A DNA stretch of 64,000 nt from a candidate division WOR-3 bacterium. Its GTDB lineage: Bacteria > Hydrothermota > Tepidihabitantia > Tepidihabitantales > Tepidihabitantaceae. A model generated the notes under the pieces. It worked only from the letters and a program-made list of their open reading frames with translations, had not been told where the DNA came from and ran no database searches. Positions 27,876 through 37,686 of this stretch are shown here, piece after piece. Where the stretch lies: positions 1 to 64,000 of the forward strand of contig CBFGJV010000013.1 of the NCBI GenBank assembly GCA_965649205.1, read 5' to 3'. The translations under genes and the position numbers were made by a program. Each line of letters begins with the position of its first letter. The stretch's first letter is position 1.

Positions 27876-29390
27876 ATGAATACGGGAAAGTTTGTGGCAG
27901 TGGTCTGGGCTCTGACGATCAGCGCCGGAGCCGGAACTTGGCTGGCGCAGGTTTTTCCAGAGAGCCCGGCCCAATTGGCGGGAGCAGGTCTTCCGGTGGT
28001 GTTTGTCGGGCCGGGATACTGGCTGGTGAAGCTGGAGGAGGGAGCGCCGGCTCCGAGTCTGCCGTTTAGGCTGTTGGATAGGGAGCCGGAAAAGAAGGAG
28101 TATGTGTATGTAATGTGGGAACCCGGGTTCGACCGGCGGACGCTGGCGCAGTACGGCACGTTGCTGCTTGAGGACGAGGGGGGAGCGCTTCTGCGTACCG
28201 GGGCAGAAGGAATAGAAGGGTTGAATACTTTGCCGGTGGAGTTGTGTGGTGTTGGTATGGAGCCCCTAGTGCCAGGGCCGCTTTTTGTGCCAGAGCCGCT
28301 GTCAGTGTCCGACAGTCTGATAGAGGAGCTGGTCGCCCGCGTGAGCGCAGAGAGTTCGGAGCAGAATCTGGTGAGGCTGCGACAGTTCCGCACCCGATAT
28401 TCCACGACCGATTCCTGTCGCCGGGCTGTGGAATGGATGCAGAAACGGTTGCAGGAGTACGGTTGCGACAGCGTCTGGTTGGAGGCGTTCCGGTCCGGCT
28501 ATGCGCCGAATGTGGTGGGCAGGAAGCAGGGGAAGGTAAGTCCGCAGCAGGTATATGTGGTCTGCGGTCATATAGACTGCACCTCAGAGTCGCCCACTAC
28601 GCTGGCACCGGGTTCGGATGATAATGCTTCAGGTGTCAACGTGGTGCTGGAAGCATGTCGGGTGTTTCAGGATGTGGAGTTTGAGAAGACGGTGTTGTTT
28701 ATCGGTTTTTCAGGAGAAGAGCAGGGGCTGGTTGGCTCGGACAGTTTTGCGCGGCGGTGCAGGAATCGGGGAGATTCAATAGCCCTGGCTATCAATTTTG
28801 ATATGGTTTCCTATGCGCTTACCGATTCCCAGCTAATTGTCTATACCTCGTTTTTGCCGCAGACAAAGCAGTTTGCGGAGCTTTTTGTGGCGCAGGCCCA
28901 GAGGTTTACGGAGTTGAAGTGCCGGACGATGCTGCTGGATGATGCGGTTTCAGACCACTATTCATTCTGGAAGTACGGATACCTTGCCATTCGCAGCCGA
29001 TACAAGGACCGAACACCTAAATACCACACAACCGGGGATACTATCGGTCCCTTTCGGTATGTGAACTGCGGCACGAATAATTTTCCTATGCATGTGGAGG
29101 TAATCAAGGCGCTGGTGGCAACGGTGGCCAGACTGGCCGGAGCCTATGTGCCGGTAGCCGTAAAGGAACGCGGGACGCCGTATGTTGTCGGTTTTGAGTC
29201 CGGGCCGGGCGTTGTGCGGGGTGAATTGGGCAGGCTTACCGAGCTGGGGCCGGGCTGGCTTTTGGATGCTACCGGCAGGAAGGTGCAGGAGCTTGGTTCT
29301 GGCAAAAGCGAGGCGGGAAGGTTGAGTCCAGGCGTGTACTTTGTCTGGCGAGGAAGAAAGAGTATGACAAAGCTGGTGGTGGCGGATTAG
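27876..29390 (+). CDS. Secreted M28-family metallopeptidase with reduced C-terminal sorting-like domain
   Basis: GHID, APGSDDNASG, FSGEEQGLVGS, INFDM, SDH, YHT. C-terminus LLDATGRKV...SPGVYFV. Upstream TTGACT-N16-TAGCAT supports ATG 27876. Confidence 0.85.
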   Translation: MNTGKFVAVVWALTISAGAGTWLAQVFPESPAQLAGAGLPVVFVGPGYWLVKLEEGAPAPSLPFRLLDREPEKKEYVYVMWEPGFDRRTLAQYGTLLLEDEGGALLRTGAEGIEGLNTLPVELCGVGMEPLVPGPLFVPEPLSVSDSLIEELVARVSAESSEQNLVRLRQFRTRYSTTDSCRRAVEWMQKRLQEYGCDSVWLEAFRSGYAPNVVGRKQGKVSPQQVYVVCGHIDCTSESPTTLAPGSDDNASGVNVVLEACRVFQDVEFEKTVLFIGFSGEEQGLVGSDSFARRCRNRGDSIALAINFDMVSYALTDSQLIVYTSFLPQTKQFAELFVAQAQRFTELKCRTMLLDDAVSDHYSFWKYGYLAIRSRYKDRTPKYHTTGDTIGPFRYVNCGTNNFPMHVEVIKALVATVARLAGAYVPVAVKERGTPYVVGFESGPGVVRGELGRLTELGPGWLLDATGRKVQELGSGKSEAGRLSPGVYFVWRGRKSMTKLVVAD

Positions 29391-30030
29391 TTTGAGAGGG
29401 CAGAATTCCGGCGGATTGTAGGGATACTTTCCAGACCTGTCTGTTGTTCTGAGTCTGGTCGAGAGGAAGCCGCAAGGTAGTTTTTCTCGCCAGCTAAATA
29501 ATAATACTAATGAGTATTATTTTCAGGAAGGCATTTTCCAAGATAAGTGATTACTTTTCAGGGGGTTGGTTTATTCGGGCATTCACCCGCTCCCCAGCTC
29601 CCCCCGCCGTTCCCCCCTTCGCTTAGGGGGCGGTCTGGAAAGTAGTCTGGTTAGCGGCGGGGTGAGGGGTTGGGTAGGTTTGGCGGTGAGCTTCCGGCTG
29701 GACGGTGGACAGAGTTTCGGGCGGGGCGGGGCGCTGAGCTTCTGGCCGGGCCGGAGCTTGAGCCGGCGGATAGATTGTTCGGCTGGTTTGGGGCTGAGTT
29801 CGGGTGAGGGCAGGATAGCGAGGGGATGGGTGAGGAGTTCTAGAAGTTGGTCGGCAGACTGCGGGGATGGCAGGGGGGAAGAAGGGCGGTAAAGAAGGGC
29901 TGTAGGCCGGGTTATGCCGATTTTGGTTGCGGGTTTGTCAGAGGGGTCGGCTTGACACTTGCGGTCGCCAGAACTAGCATTTCGCAGTTCTATGCCGTTC
30001 GGCCATAGTGCGGGTACGAAGGGAGATGTT

Positions 30031-31296
30031 ATGAATATCCGTGTTTTATTAGGCTGTTTTCTTATTTTGCTGCTGGTGTCCTGCGCGGCGTATCTGAATC
30101 TGGAGCGGGCGAGCCGGACGGCAGTGGCCAGGGGCGATTATGATGCCGCGGTGTATTACGCCTGCGCTTCTTTGCGCCATAAGCCGGACAACCTGCGCGC
30201 GCAGCAGTTGTTGCAAGATGCTTTTCGCATTGCGGTGAATCGACGGCTGGACCGGGTGAAGGAACTTGCCGGTTCCAGTAACAAGTTCCGCTGGGACGAA
30301 ATAGTGGCGGAGTACGAAGCCCTGGTTAGTCTTAATCGGGCAGTGCGGGATTTGCCTACTCTGGTGAATCCGGTGTTGCCGGGCGGTGTGTTCACAATTC
30401 CTACGTCTGACTATACCGCGGCTCTGGCTGAGGCAAAGCAGCGAGCGGCAGAGGAGCATTATCAGGAGGGAATCAGGCTGTCGGCCAATCCGGAGGATGT
30501 GGCGGCGCAGAAGCAGGCGGCGCTGGAGTTTCGCCGGGCTGAGGAGTTTGTAGCCGGATACAAGGATGCTGCCGCCCGGTTTGCCGCGAGTCGCAAGGCA
30601 GGGACCACCCGACTGGCGATTGTGCCTTTTGAAGACCGTTCCGGCCAGACGGCAAAGTTCGGAGCTATGGTCGAGCGGATTGCGGACGAGGCGATAAGCC
30701 GGTTGCTGGCTGATGCGGCGGCGAGCGAGTTTCTGGAGGTGGTGACGCGGGAGCGGCTGGAGCAGGTGATGCGGGAGCAGAATCTGCAGTTTTCCGGGCT
30801 GGTGGACCCGGCCAGCGCGGTGCGGCTGGGAAAGCTTCTGGGTGCGCATTACATTCTTACCGGCCGGTTGACGCAGGTGCTCTATGTGCCGCCGCGGGTG
30901 GAGAGTCGCAAGCTGGAGCTGGAGAATAAGGTGGTGGTGCGTCGGGAGAAGCGGGTGGATTCTACCGGCACGGAAGTGGAAGTGCCGATAGAGTCAATAG
31001 TGCATGCCACGGTTACGGTGTTTACCAAGAATTCATCCTTGAGTCTGGCAGGCGCCTACGAGGTTATCAATGTGGAAACCGCCGCCATAGCCAGGACAGA
31101 GACGGTGGAAGGCAAGGACGAGTACAGCGCAAGGTGGGCAGTGTATGAGGGTGACCGGCGGGCGGTGACCGGCGAGTATGGCGAGCTGGTGCAAAAATCA
31201 GAGCCGGACTCGCCGACCGAGGCGGAGATGATGTATAACGCCGCGGCCCGGGTGGGTCAGAAGATGGCAGAAGGTCTGCGGGCGTTTTTCCGCTAG
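30031..31296 (+). CDS. Lipoprotein with helical repeats and a CsgG-like domain
   Basis: Lipobox LVSC. RLAIVPFED...VVTRERLEQVMREQNL...AVRLGKLLGA..ILTG. Promoter TTGACA-N17-TAGCAT at 29952-29980. Confidence 0.75.
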   Translation: MNIRVLLGCFLILLLVSCAAYLNLERASRTAVARGDYDAAVYYACASLRHKPDNLRAQQLLQDAFRIAVNRRLDRVKELAGSSNKFRWDEIVAEYEALVSLNRAVRDLPTLVNPVLPGGVFTIPTSDYTAALAEAKQRAAEEHYQEGIRLSANPEDVAAQKQAALEFRRAEEFVAGYKDAAARFAASRKAGTTRLAIVPFEDRSGQTAKFGAMVERIADEAISRLLADAAASEFLEVVTRERLEQVMREQNLQFSGLVDPASAVRLGKLLGAHYILTGRLTQVLYVPPRVESRKLELENKVVVRREKRVDSTGTEVEVPIESIVHATVTVFTKNSSLSLAGAYEVINVETAAIARTETVEGKDEYSARWAVYEGDRRAVTGEYGELVQKSEPDSPTEAEMMYNAAARVGQKMAEGLRAFFR

Positions 31297-31332
31297 GCCC
31301 GTGTGCAGAACCGGATAACCGGTTTTTCCGCG

Positions 31333-32439
31333 CTAAGTTAGAAGAAACTTTCCGTTGCGGGCGATGAGCTGTCCGTCGCCGTAGATGGAGGAGTTCTGCC
31401 GGGTATCGCAGACCATATCCCAGTGAATTGCAGATTTGTTTTTGCCGCCGGTCTGGGGCAAAGCCGCGCCCAGAGCCACGTGCACGGTGCCGCCTATCTT
31501 TTCGTCGAAGAGGGTATTCTTGGTGAAGCGCTGGATGGAGTAGTTTGTGCCGAACGCCAGTTCTCCTACGCGGGATGCGCCCGGGTCGGTAGCGAGCATA
31601 GCCCGGAGCAGGCTTTCATTCTTGTCCGCAGTGGCTTTTACCACCTTGCCTTGGCTGAATTCCAGGCGCACGTTTTCCACTTCCTTGCCCATATATACGG
31701 CGGGGAAGCTGTAGCGAATGTAGCCTTCGGTGCCATCTTCGTGGGGGCTGGTGAACACTTCTCCGTCCGGAAAGTTTATCCGGCCGTCGCAGTTGACCCA
31801 GCGGCGCCCGCGCACCTGGAAGGTTATGTCTGTATCCGGTGCCTGGATGCGTATCTGGGAGAAACGGTTGAGCTGGCGGACCAGTTTTGCCTGACGCCGG
31901 GAGAGCTTTTTCCACTCCGCGATGGGGTCTTTTTTGTCCAGCATACCGGCGCCGAAAACAAATTCTTCGTATTCTGGCCGCGACATTTCTGCATCCTGGG
32001 CAGAGGAGAAGTTGGGAAACAGGGTTCCTACCCAGCGGAATTTGCCCGCGGCTTCGCGGCGCAGCCGTTTTTCAAACAGGGGCCGACGCGCTGCTGCGGC
32101 CAGGGCAAGACGTTGGGGCTCTATGCCGGTGAGTTCGCGGGTGTTCCAGCCGCCCCAGATGAAGAGCATGGCATCAAGTTTTTCCACAACCACTTTGTCT
32201 AGAGGGCTGATGAACTGGAGCTGGTCGGAAGAAGCGTGTTTGTAGAACAGGTAGTTGACATCGGGCAGGTTGATGCGCAGGCTGGGGTAGGCACCCACGG
32301 CCAGAGCTTCCACCAGGCAGGCGCGGATGAGTTCTTCGGCATTGGCCGGGCCGATTATTTCCACCCATTCTTTTTTCTGCAGCCGCAGACTATAGCGTAC
32401 GAGCAGACGGGCCAGGTTTTCTATTCTTTTGTCAGCCAA
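31333..32439 (-). CDS. M29 aminopeptidase (AmpS/PepS/aminopeptidase T type)
   Basis: NFPDGEVFTSP, GELAFGTN, LFDEKIGGTVHVALG, SAIHWDM. Confidence 0.9.
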   Translation of the reverse strand: MADKRIENLARLLVRYSLRLQKKEWVEIIGPANAEELIRACLVEALAVGAYPSLRINLPDVNYLFYKHASSDQLQFISPLDKVVVEKLDAMLFIWGGWNTRELTGIEPQRLALAAAARRPLFEKRLRREAAGKFRWVGTLFPNFSSAQDAEMSRPEYEEFVFGAGMLDKKDPIAEWKKLSRRQAKLVRQLNRFSQIRIQAPDTDITFQVRGRRWVNCDGRINFPDGEVFTSPHEDGTEGYIRYSFPAVYMGKEVENVRLEFSQGKVVKATADKNESLLRAMLATDPGASRVGELAFGTNYSIQRFTKNTLFDEKIGGTVHVALGAALPQTGGKNKSAIHWDMVCDTRQNSSIYGDGQLIARNGKFLLT

Positions 32440-32508
32440 GTAACACCTCCTAAGTGTTTGGTAACTGTTTTTTGTATTCCTGCCAAGTCCAGAGTGGGGA
32501 CATTTCGT

Positions 32509-33891
32509 CTATCCTATGTTTTTTCCCCGGGTGAGTAGTAGTCCGGTTCCGGCCAGAGCAGTGGTCAGGGCGCCCACGCCCAATAGCAGATGCCGGACCG
32601 CAAAAAGACGGGTGAGCTGTCCCAGCAAAAGAGAAGTAAAGGCAAAGCAGAGGGAGAGCAGCCATTCTCGGGTGGAGAAGATGCGCCCGCGGATGTTTTC
32701 GGGTACGGCCTCGTGCAGGAGCGTGTCCATACCGATGTTGATGGGCGAAAGGGCTAGTCCGGCCAGAAAGGCCAGAGGGATGACTAGAAGAAACTGACGC
32801 AGGAGGGCCAGGGCTATGGTGATGAGACCGAGGAGAGAGAAGGAAGCGAGCATTACCTTGTGCTTGCGGAAGCGGTGACCGAGGAGTCCGTAGGCCATGG
32901 AGGAAAGCACCAGTCCCACCGAGCCGATGGCGGCAATATAGCCTACGCCTTTGGTGCCCAGGCCGACCCCGTCCAGTTCCCGGCCGGACTGGACGATGGG
33001 AATGTAAAGCACAAACACAGCCGACCCGAGTATCACATACATCAGCACTGCGCAGTTGACGAAGAACACCGTGGGCTGGCGGGAGACCAGCTGCCACAGT
33101 TCTCTGACCTCGCGCAGCATGCGGGATTGCTGGGAAATAAATATTCTGGTTTCGTCTTTGACCCGGAGCCGGGTGCGGGGTCGCTGCCAGTTGCCGGCTA
33201 GGCGCCGAAACACAATGAGCAGCGCAAGGACCGAAAGGAAATAGGTGAGTGAGTCAAGATAGAAGCCGGCGGTCCACACCGGCCGGATGCCCAGGCGCAG
33301 CCAGCCGGACCAGTCCACGATGAGCCCGCCCAAAAGCACGCCCAGAAGCGTCGCCACCCGGCCGATGAGGTTCATAAAGGAGTTGGCGCCCAGCACTCGA
33401 TCTTCGCCCACCAGATTGGGTATGATGGCGAGACGGGAGGTGTTGAAGAACAGACCGAAGAGAAAGACGCAGAAGGCCAGAGTGTAAATAAGATAGAGGC
33501 TGCGGGTGGCAACGGCCAAAAGGGGAATGGCCAAGACCAGCAGCGCCCGCGCCGTGTCGCACACCACCATTACTTTGCGCCGGTCCCAGCGGTCCACGAG
33601 AATACCGGCCAGAGGGCCGAAGAGTATGGTGGGCAGGGCGATGACAGCAGAAAGAAAAGAAATGGCCTGCGCGCTTTTCCAGCCGAACTCGGCGGAATAG
33701 TAGGCGATCATTGCCAGCAGGGCCATATAGTCCAGTTTGTCGCCAAAAAGCGAAACAGCCTGGGAGACGGAGAAAATGAGAAATTCGGGCAGGCGCAGAA
33801 CAAGCAGCAGGGTGCTACGTCTGGTGGTCAGCAGTCCCAGCTCTTCGCCTGGTGAAGACAGGGCAGCCGGACCGGGCGGTTCAGCCGGCAC
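32509..33891 (-). CDS. MFS transporter
   Basis: About 12 hydrophobic segments and the GILVDRWDRRKVM motif A. Confidence 0.85.
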   Translation of the reverse strand: MPAEPPGPAALSSPGEELGLLTTRRSTLLLVLRLPEFLIFSVSQAVSLFGDKLDYMALLAMIAYYSAEFGWKSAQAISFLSAVIALPTILFGPLAGILVDRWDRRKVMVVCDTARALLVLAIPLLAVATRSLYLIYTLAFCVFLFGLFFNTSRLAIIPNLVGEDRVLGANSFMNLIGRVATLLGVLLGGLIVDWSGWLRLGIRPVWTAGFYLDSLTYFLSVLALLIVFRRLAGNWQRPRTRLRVKDETRIFISQQSRMLREVRELWQLVSRQPTVFFVNCAVLMYVILGSAVFVLYIPIVQSGRELDGVGLGTKGVGYIAAIGSVGLVLSSMAYGLLGHRFRKHKVMLASFSLLGLITIALALLRQFLLVIPLAFLAGLALSPINIGMDTLLHEAVPENIRGRIFSTREWLLSLCFAFTSLLLGQLTRLFAVRHLLLGVGALTTALAGTGLLLTRGKNIG

Positions 33892-33894
33892 AGT

Positions 33895-35115
33895 TTACTC
33901 CTCGCGGCCCAGACGCGGCACCGGATAACGGGCGAGCAGTTCGTAATAAAGGTCTTCCACCTGTTCGGCCACCCGGGACCAAGAGTAGTAAAGGGCCTTT
34001 TTTCTCCCTGCTTCGCCCATCTGCCGGCGTAGGTCGGGGTCCTTCAGCAGTCGGACAATAGCCTCGGCGATGCGTTCCGGGTCGCGGGGAGGGACTAATA
34101 GTCCTTCCTTGCCGTGCTCCAGAACCTTGCGATAGCCTTCTATGTCCGAAGCGACTACCGGTTTGCCGGTAGCCATAGCTTCCAGGAGAACGATGCCAAA
34201 GCTTTCAAAGCCGATAGCTGGAGAGCAGTACACATCACAGGTGGCGTAGTAACGAGGTCGGTCTTCATTGGGAATCACGCCCGCCCAGTGGACGTGCGAT
34301 TCCACTTCTTTGTCCAGATAGCTTTTGTAGGAATAACCGAAAAGGCCAGCGCCCACCGCTATCAGTTGTACGTCCGGGACCTGGCGGACTATTTCCGGCA
34401 GCGCCATCAACAGATATTTCAGTCCCTTGCGGGGTTCAAAGCGGCCCAGGAAAAGAACGTTGGGCCGACCGTTGTCAAGCTCGGGTATTGGTTGCACATC
34501 GGGCCGGAACAGATTGGTATCCACGGCGTTGGGAATGATGCGATAGGGTCCGGGGAAATACTTAGCGGTGGAGTCACGCGCTCGTTCGGACACTGCCACC
34601 AGTCCGTGCAGGTGATGAAAGTAGGGCCGTAGCGCCGGCCAGAAAAGCACATAGGGAATGCTGCGTTGGTAATCTGAATGCATCGTCATCACATTCACCA
34701 CCCGGGAGGCCCGGATAGCGACCAGCGGCAGAGTAGGAGCAAGGGAGCCGTGAATGTGGATGATGTGGAATTTTTCCCGGGCAAAGAACCGTTTTACCTT
34801 GTCCACCGGACGCCAGGCGACCGGTACCCGGGCAAATGACTTGTTGGAGCGGATGAGCAATCCTTTGCCTACGCGGTAGATATGCTCTTCATCCGGAGCC
34901 GCGGGCAGACATTCTACGGTACTGCCGCCGTAATGAGTGGTGAGTACCTTTACGGTATGGCCTTTCTTGCGCAGTTCCGAGGAAAGGTGGTAGATGTGAT
35001 CCGGTATGCCGCCAATATAGGGATAATAGTTGTCCGATACCATGCAGATGCGCAGAGAAGAGGGGATGCGTTCGGGACTGCGGCGGCCCGGCGTGGCCGC
35101 TTCTATTTGGTTCAT
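33895..35115 (-). CDS. Glycosyltransferase family 4 (PimA-like)
   Basis: FLGRFEPRKG, ESFGIVLLEAMATGKPVVASD. Confidence 0.88.
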   Translation of the reverse strand: MNQIEAATPGRRSPERIPSSLRICMVSDNYYPYIGGIPDHIYHLSSELRKKGHTVKVLTTHYGGSTVECLPAAPDEEHIYRVGKGLLIRSNKSFARVPVAWRPVDKVKRFFAREKFHIIHIHGSLAPTLPLVAIRASRVVNVMTMHSDYQRSIPYVLFWPALRPYFHHLHGLVAVSERARDSTAKYFPGPYRIIPNAVDTNLFRPDVQPIPELDNGRPNVLFLGRFEPRKGLKYLLMALPEIVRQVPDVQLIAVGAGLFGYSYKSYLDKEVESHVHWAGVIPNEDRPRYYATCDVYCSPAIGFESFGIVLLEAMATGKPVVASDIEGYRKVLEHGKEGLLVPPRDPERIAEAIVRLLKDPDLRRQMGEAGRKKALYYSWSRVAEQVEDLYYELLARYPVPRLGREE

Positions 35116-36320
35116 CGGCTCTGGTTGTACGCAGCCAGACCGGCGGCGAGCAATTTCATCGCTCTTTCCAGCTCGGTGCAGTTGAGTACATAGGCAATGC
35201 GTACTTCGTCCTTGCCCGCTCCGGGCGTGGCGTAGAAGCCGTCCGCGGGCGCCACCATTACCGTCTCCTGGTTCTGCTGGAATTCGGCGAGAAGAAAGGT
35301 GGCGAATTCTTCCGCGTCGTCTATGGGAAGTTTAGCCATCACATAGAAGGCGCCGGCCGGCTTCCGACAGAAAACGCCTGGCATGGCGGCAAGGGCCTCG
35401 CATACCAGGTCTCGGCGTCGCCGGTATTCGTCTCGTACAGCGGCGAAATAGGAAGGCGGAGCGGAAAGGGCTGCCTGAGCGGCAAGCTGGTCCACGGTTG
35501 GAGCACAGAGCCGGGCCTGGCCGAATTTGAGCACGGTCTGCATGAGCTCTCGGTTGCGGGAAACAATGCAGCCGACGCGGGCTCCGCAGGCAGAATAGCG
35601 TTTGGAAACAGAGTCCACCATTACGGCCCGATCAGCAATGTCAGCCAGGTTAAGCACGCTATGATGTGTGACGCCGGAGTCGTAGATGAACTCGCGGTAC
35701 ACCTCGTCCGCAATAAGGTAGAGGTTGTGCTTGAGCGCCAGTTGCCGGAGAGTTTCCATCTCTTGTTGGGTGTAAACCACGCCGGTGGGATTGCCCGGGT
35801 TGGAGAAAAGAATGGCGCGGGTGCGAGGCGTAATCCGGGTTTCGAATTCTGCGGCCGGCGGCAGGGCAAATCCGTTTTCGGCCCGGCTGGTTACGGGCAC
35901 CAAGGAAATATTGTTCATGCAGGCGTAGCCGGCGTAGTTGGTGTAGAACGGTTCGGGAACCAGGATTTCGTCTCCCGGGTCGGTAATGGCCTTGTACACA
36001 AAGGATATTGCTTCGCTGCCACCGGTTGTCACTAGAATGTCGTCTGTTTCAACCTTGATGCCCACGCTGTCATAGTAACGGACTAAAGCGGCAAGGTAAG
36101 AGCTCAGTCCGTTGGAGGGGCCATAGGCGATTACCTTGAGGTTGAGATGGCGGTACGCGTCCAACATCTCCTGCGGGGTTTCAATGTCGGGCTGGCCGAT
36201 GTTTAAATGATAAACTTTGATTCCCCGGCTTTTGGCCTTTTCCGCCAGAGGTACCAGCCGACGAATGGGAGAGGCAGGCATCTGCCGGCCTCTTGCCGAA
36301 ATCTGCACCTTTCCGGGCAT
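35112..36320 (-). CDS. Class I/II PLP-dependent aminotransferase (aspartate aminotransferase-like)
   Basis: HLNIGQPD, NPGNPTG, DEVYREF, SVSKRYSACGARVG. SD AAGGAG before ATG 36320. Confidence 0.9.
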   Translation of the reverse strand: MPGKVQISARGRQMPASPIRRLVPLAEKAKSRGIKVYHLNIGQPDIETPQEMLDAYRHLNLKVIAYGPSNGLSSYLAALVRYYDSVGIKVETDDILVTTGGSEAISFVYKAITDPGDEILVPEPFYTNYAGYACMNNISLVPVTSRAENGFALPPAAEFETRITPRTRAILFSNPGNPTGVVYTQQEMETLRQLALKHNLYLIADEVYREFIYDSGVTHHSVLNLADIADRAVMVDSVSKRYSACGARVGCIVSRNRELMQTVLKFGQARLCAPTVDQLAAQAALSAPPSYFAAVRDEYRRRRDLVCEALAAMPGVFCRKPAGAFYVMAKLPIDDAEEFATFLLAEFQQNQETVMVAPADGFYATPGAGKDEVRIAYVLNCTELERAMKLLAAGLAAYNQSR

Positions 36321-36364
36321 AATACTCCTTTCCATCAAGTCCCGGCCGTTTTTCTGGCCGGCAA

Positions 36365-37630
36365 CTATTGCAGAAGCCGTACAAGCTCGGCCGCAGAAAG
36401 TGGCCCTACCGCGGCTGCACTCCAGCCATCCGGACTAACCACCTCTGCACACAGCCGGTTGACTTCTTCCAGCGTCAACCGGTCCAGGGCCTGCAGTGTT
36501 TCCCCGATAGGCTGTGGCCGGCCCAGCAGATGCATGGTGCGTATCAGTCGCATCAGGCGACCGGTGGGACTTTCCAGGGCCAGAAGCAGTGAGCTTCTGG
36601 TCATGACCAGGGCGCGTTGAAACTCTTCGACGCTGAGCCGGTCGCTACGGAACCGATTCAACTCCTCGCGGAGCACTTCCAGACACCGGCCGAGCTTACT
36701 GGCTTCAGCCGCAAAGTAAATACCAAGCATGCCGCTGTCCTCAAACAGATCGGCAAAGCTGGATACGGAATATACCAAACCTTCGCTTTCGCGCAAGCGC
36801 TGGAAGAGGCGGGAGGAAAGACCACCACCCAGAGCAGTGTTGAGCACGGCAAGCGCATGGCGGCGCGGGTCTTTGTAGGCAAAAACCGGCCGGGATAGAC
36901 ACAGGTAAACTAAAGACAAGTCTTTGCGGGTTTCGGTGCGAATACTGCACTGGGAAACTATGGGCGGGCGACGTACCATGGCCGGGCCCGGTTGCCAGTG
37001 GCCGAGTTTACGTTCCAGAACAGAGAGCAGTTCTTCGTGGCGGACATCGCCCACCGCCACTACTACACAGGTGCCGCTGTGGTACCAGTCAGCATAGGTG
37101 CGACGCAGCAGTTCCGCGTCTATGCGGGCCAGAGTTTCGGGCCGGCCGTTTACTGGTCTGCTGAGCGGGTCCGAGTCGAAGAGCGACTCAAACGCCAGCT
37201 GGAAGACTTGCGAATCCGGGTCTTCGTCCGCGGCTCTGATTTCCTCCACGATTACCCCTTTTTCCTTTTCCAGCTCAGCCGGTGCAAAAGCGGGATGAGC
37301 CACTATTTCCGCCAGAAGTTCGGCGACCGCTGTCTGCTGGTCAGAGGGAAAACGGCTGTAGAAGCAGGTAAGCTCCTTGTCAGTGAAACCGTTGAGTTCC
37401 GCGCCTAAAGACTCCGCCGCATAGGAAATAGCTCGGGCGTCCAGTTGTTCTGTCCCCTTGAATACCATGTGTTCATTGAGGTGACACAGTCCGGTCAGGT
37501 CGTCCGGGTCGTCTCGTCCACCTACGCGGAAGGAAATACCCAGCGCCAGAGAACGGATATAGGGCATCTGCTGGGTTACGAACAGAAGCCGATTGGGGAG
37601 CGTGTCTACTCTGGGCGAATCGGCAAACAT
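36365..37630 (-). CDS. M16 family zinc peptidase
   Basis: HLNEHMVFKGT (HxxEH), GGGLSSRLFQRLRE; typical position downstream of pnp. Confidence 0.88.
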   Translation of the reverse strand: MFADSPRVDTLPNRLLFVTQQMPYIRSLALGISFRVGGRDDPDDLTGLCHLNEHMVFKGTEQLDARAISYAAESLGAELNGFTDKELTCFYSRFPSDQQTAVAELLAEIVAHPAFAPAELEKEKGVIVEEIRAADEDPDSQVFQLAFESLFDSDPLSRPVNGRPETLARIDAELLRRTYADWYHSGTCVVVAVGDVRHEELLSVLERKLGHWQPGPAMVRRPPIVSQCSIRTETRKDLSLVYLCLSRPVFAYKDPRRHALAVLNTALGGGLSSRLFQRLRESEGLVYSVSSFADLFEDSGMLGIYFAAEASKLGRCLEVLREELNRFRSDRLSVEEFQRALVMTRSSLLLALESPTGRLMRLIRTMHLLGRPQPIGETLQALDRLTLEEVNRLCAEVVSPDGWSAAAVGPLSAAELVRLLQ

Positions 37631-37686
37631 CTCTTCCGGTCCCGGACATTCAGACCGGGCTGTTTTCTGGCACGAAGACCTGGTTT

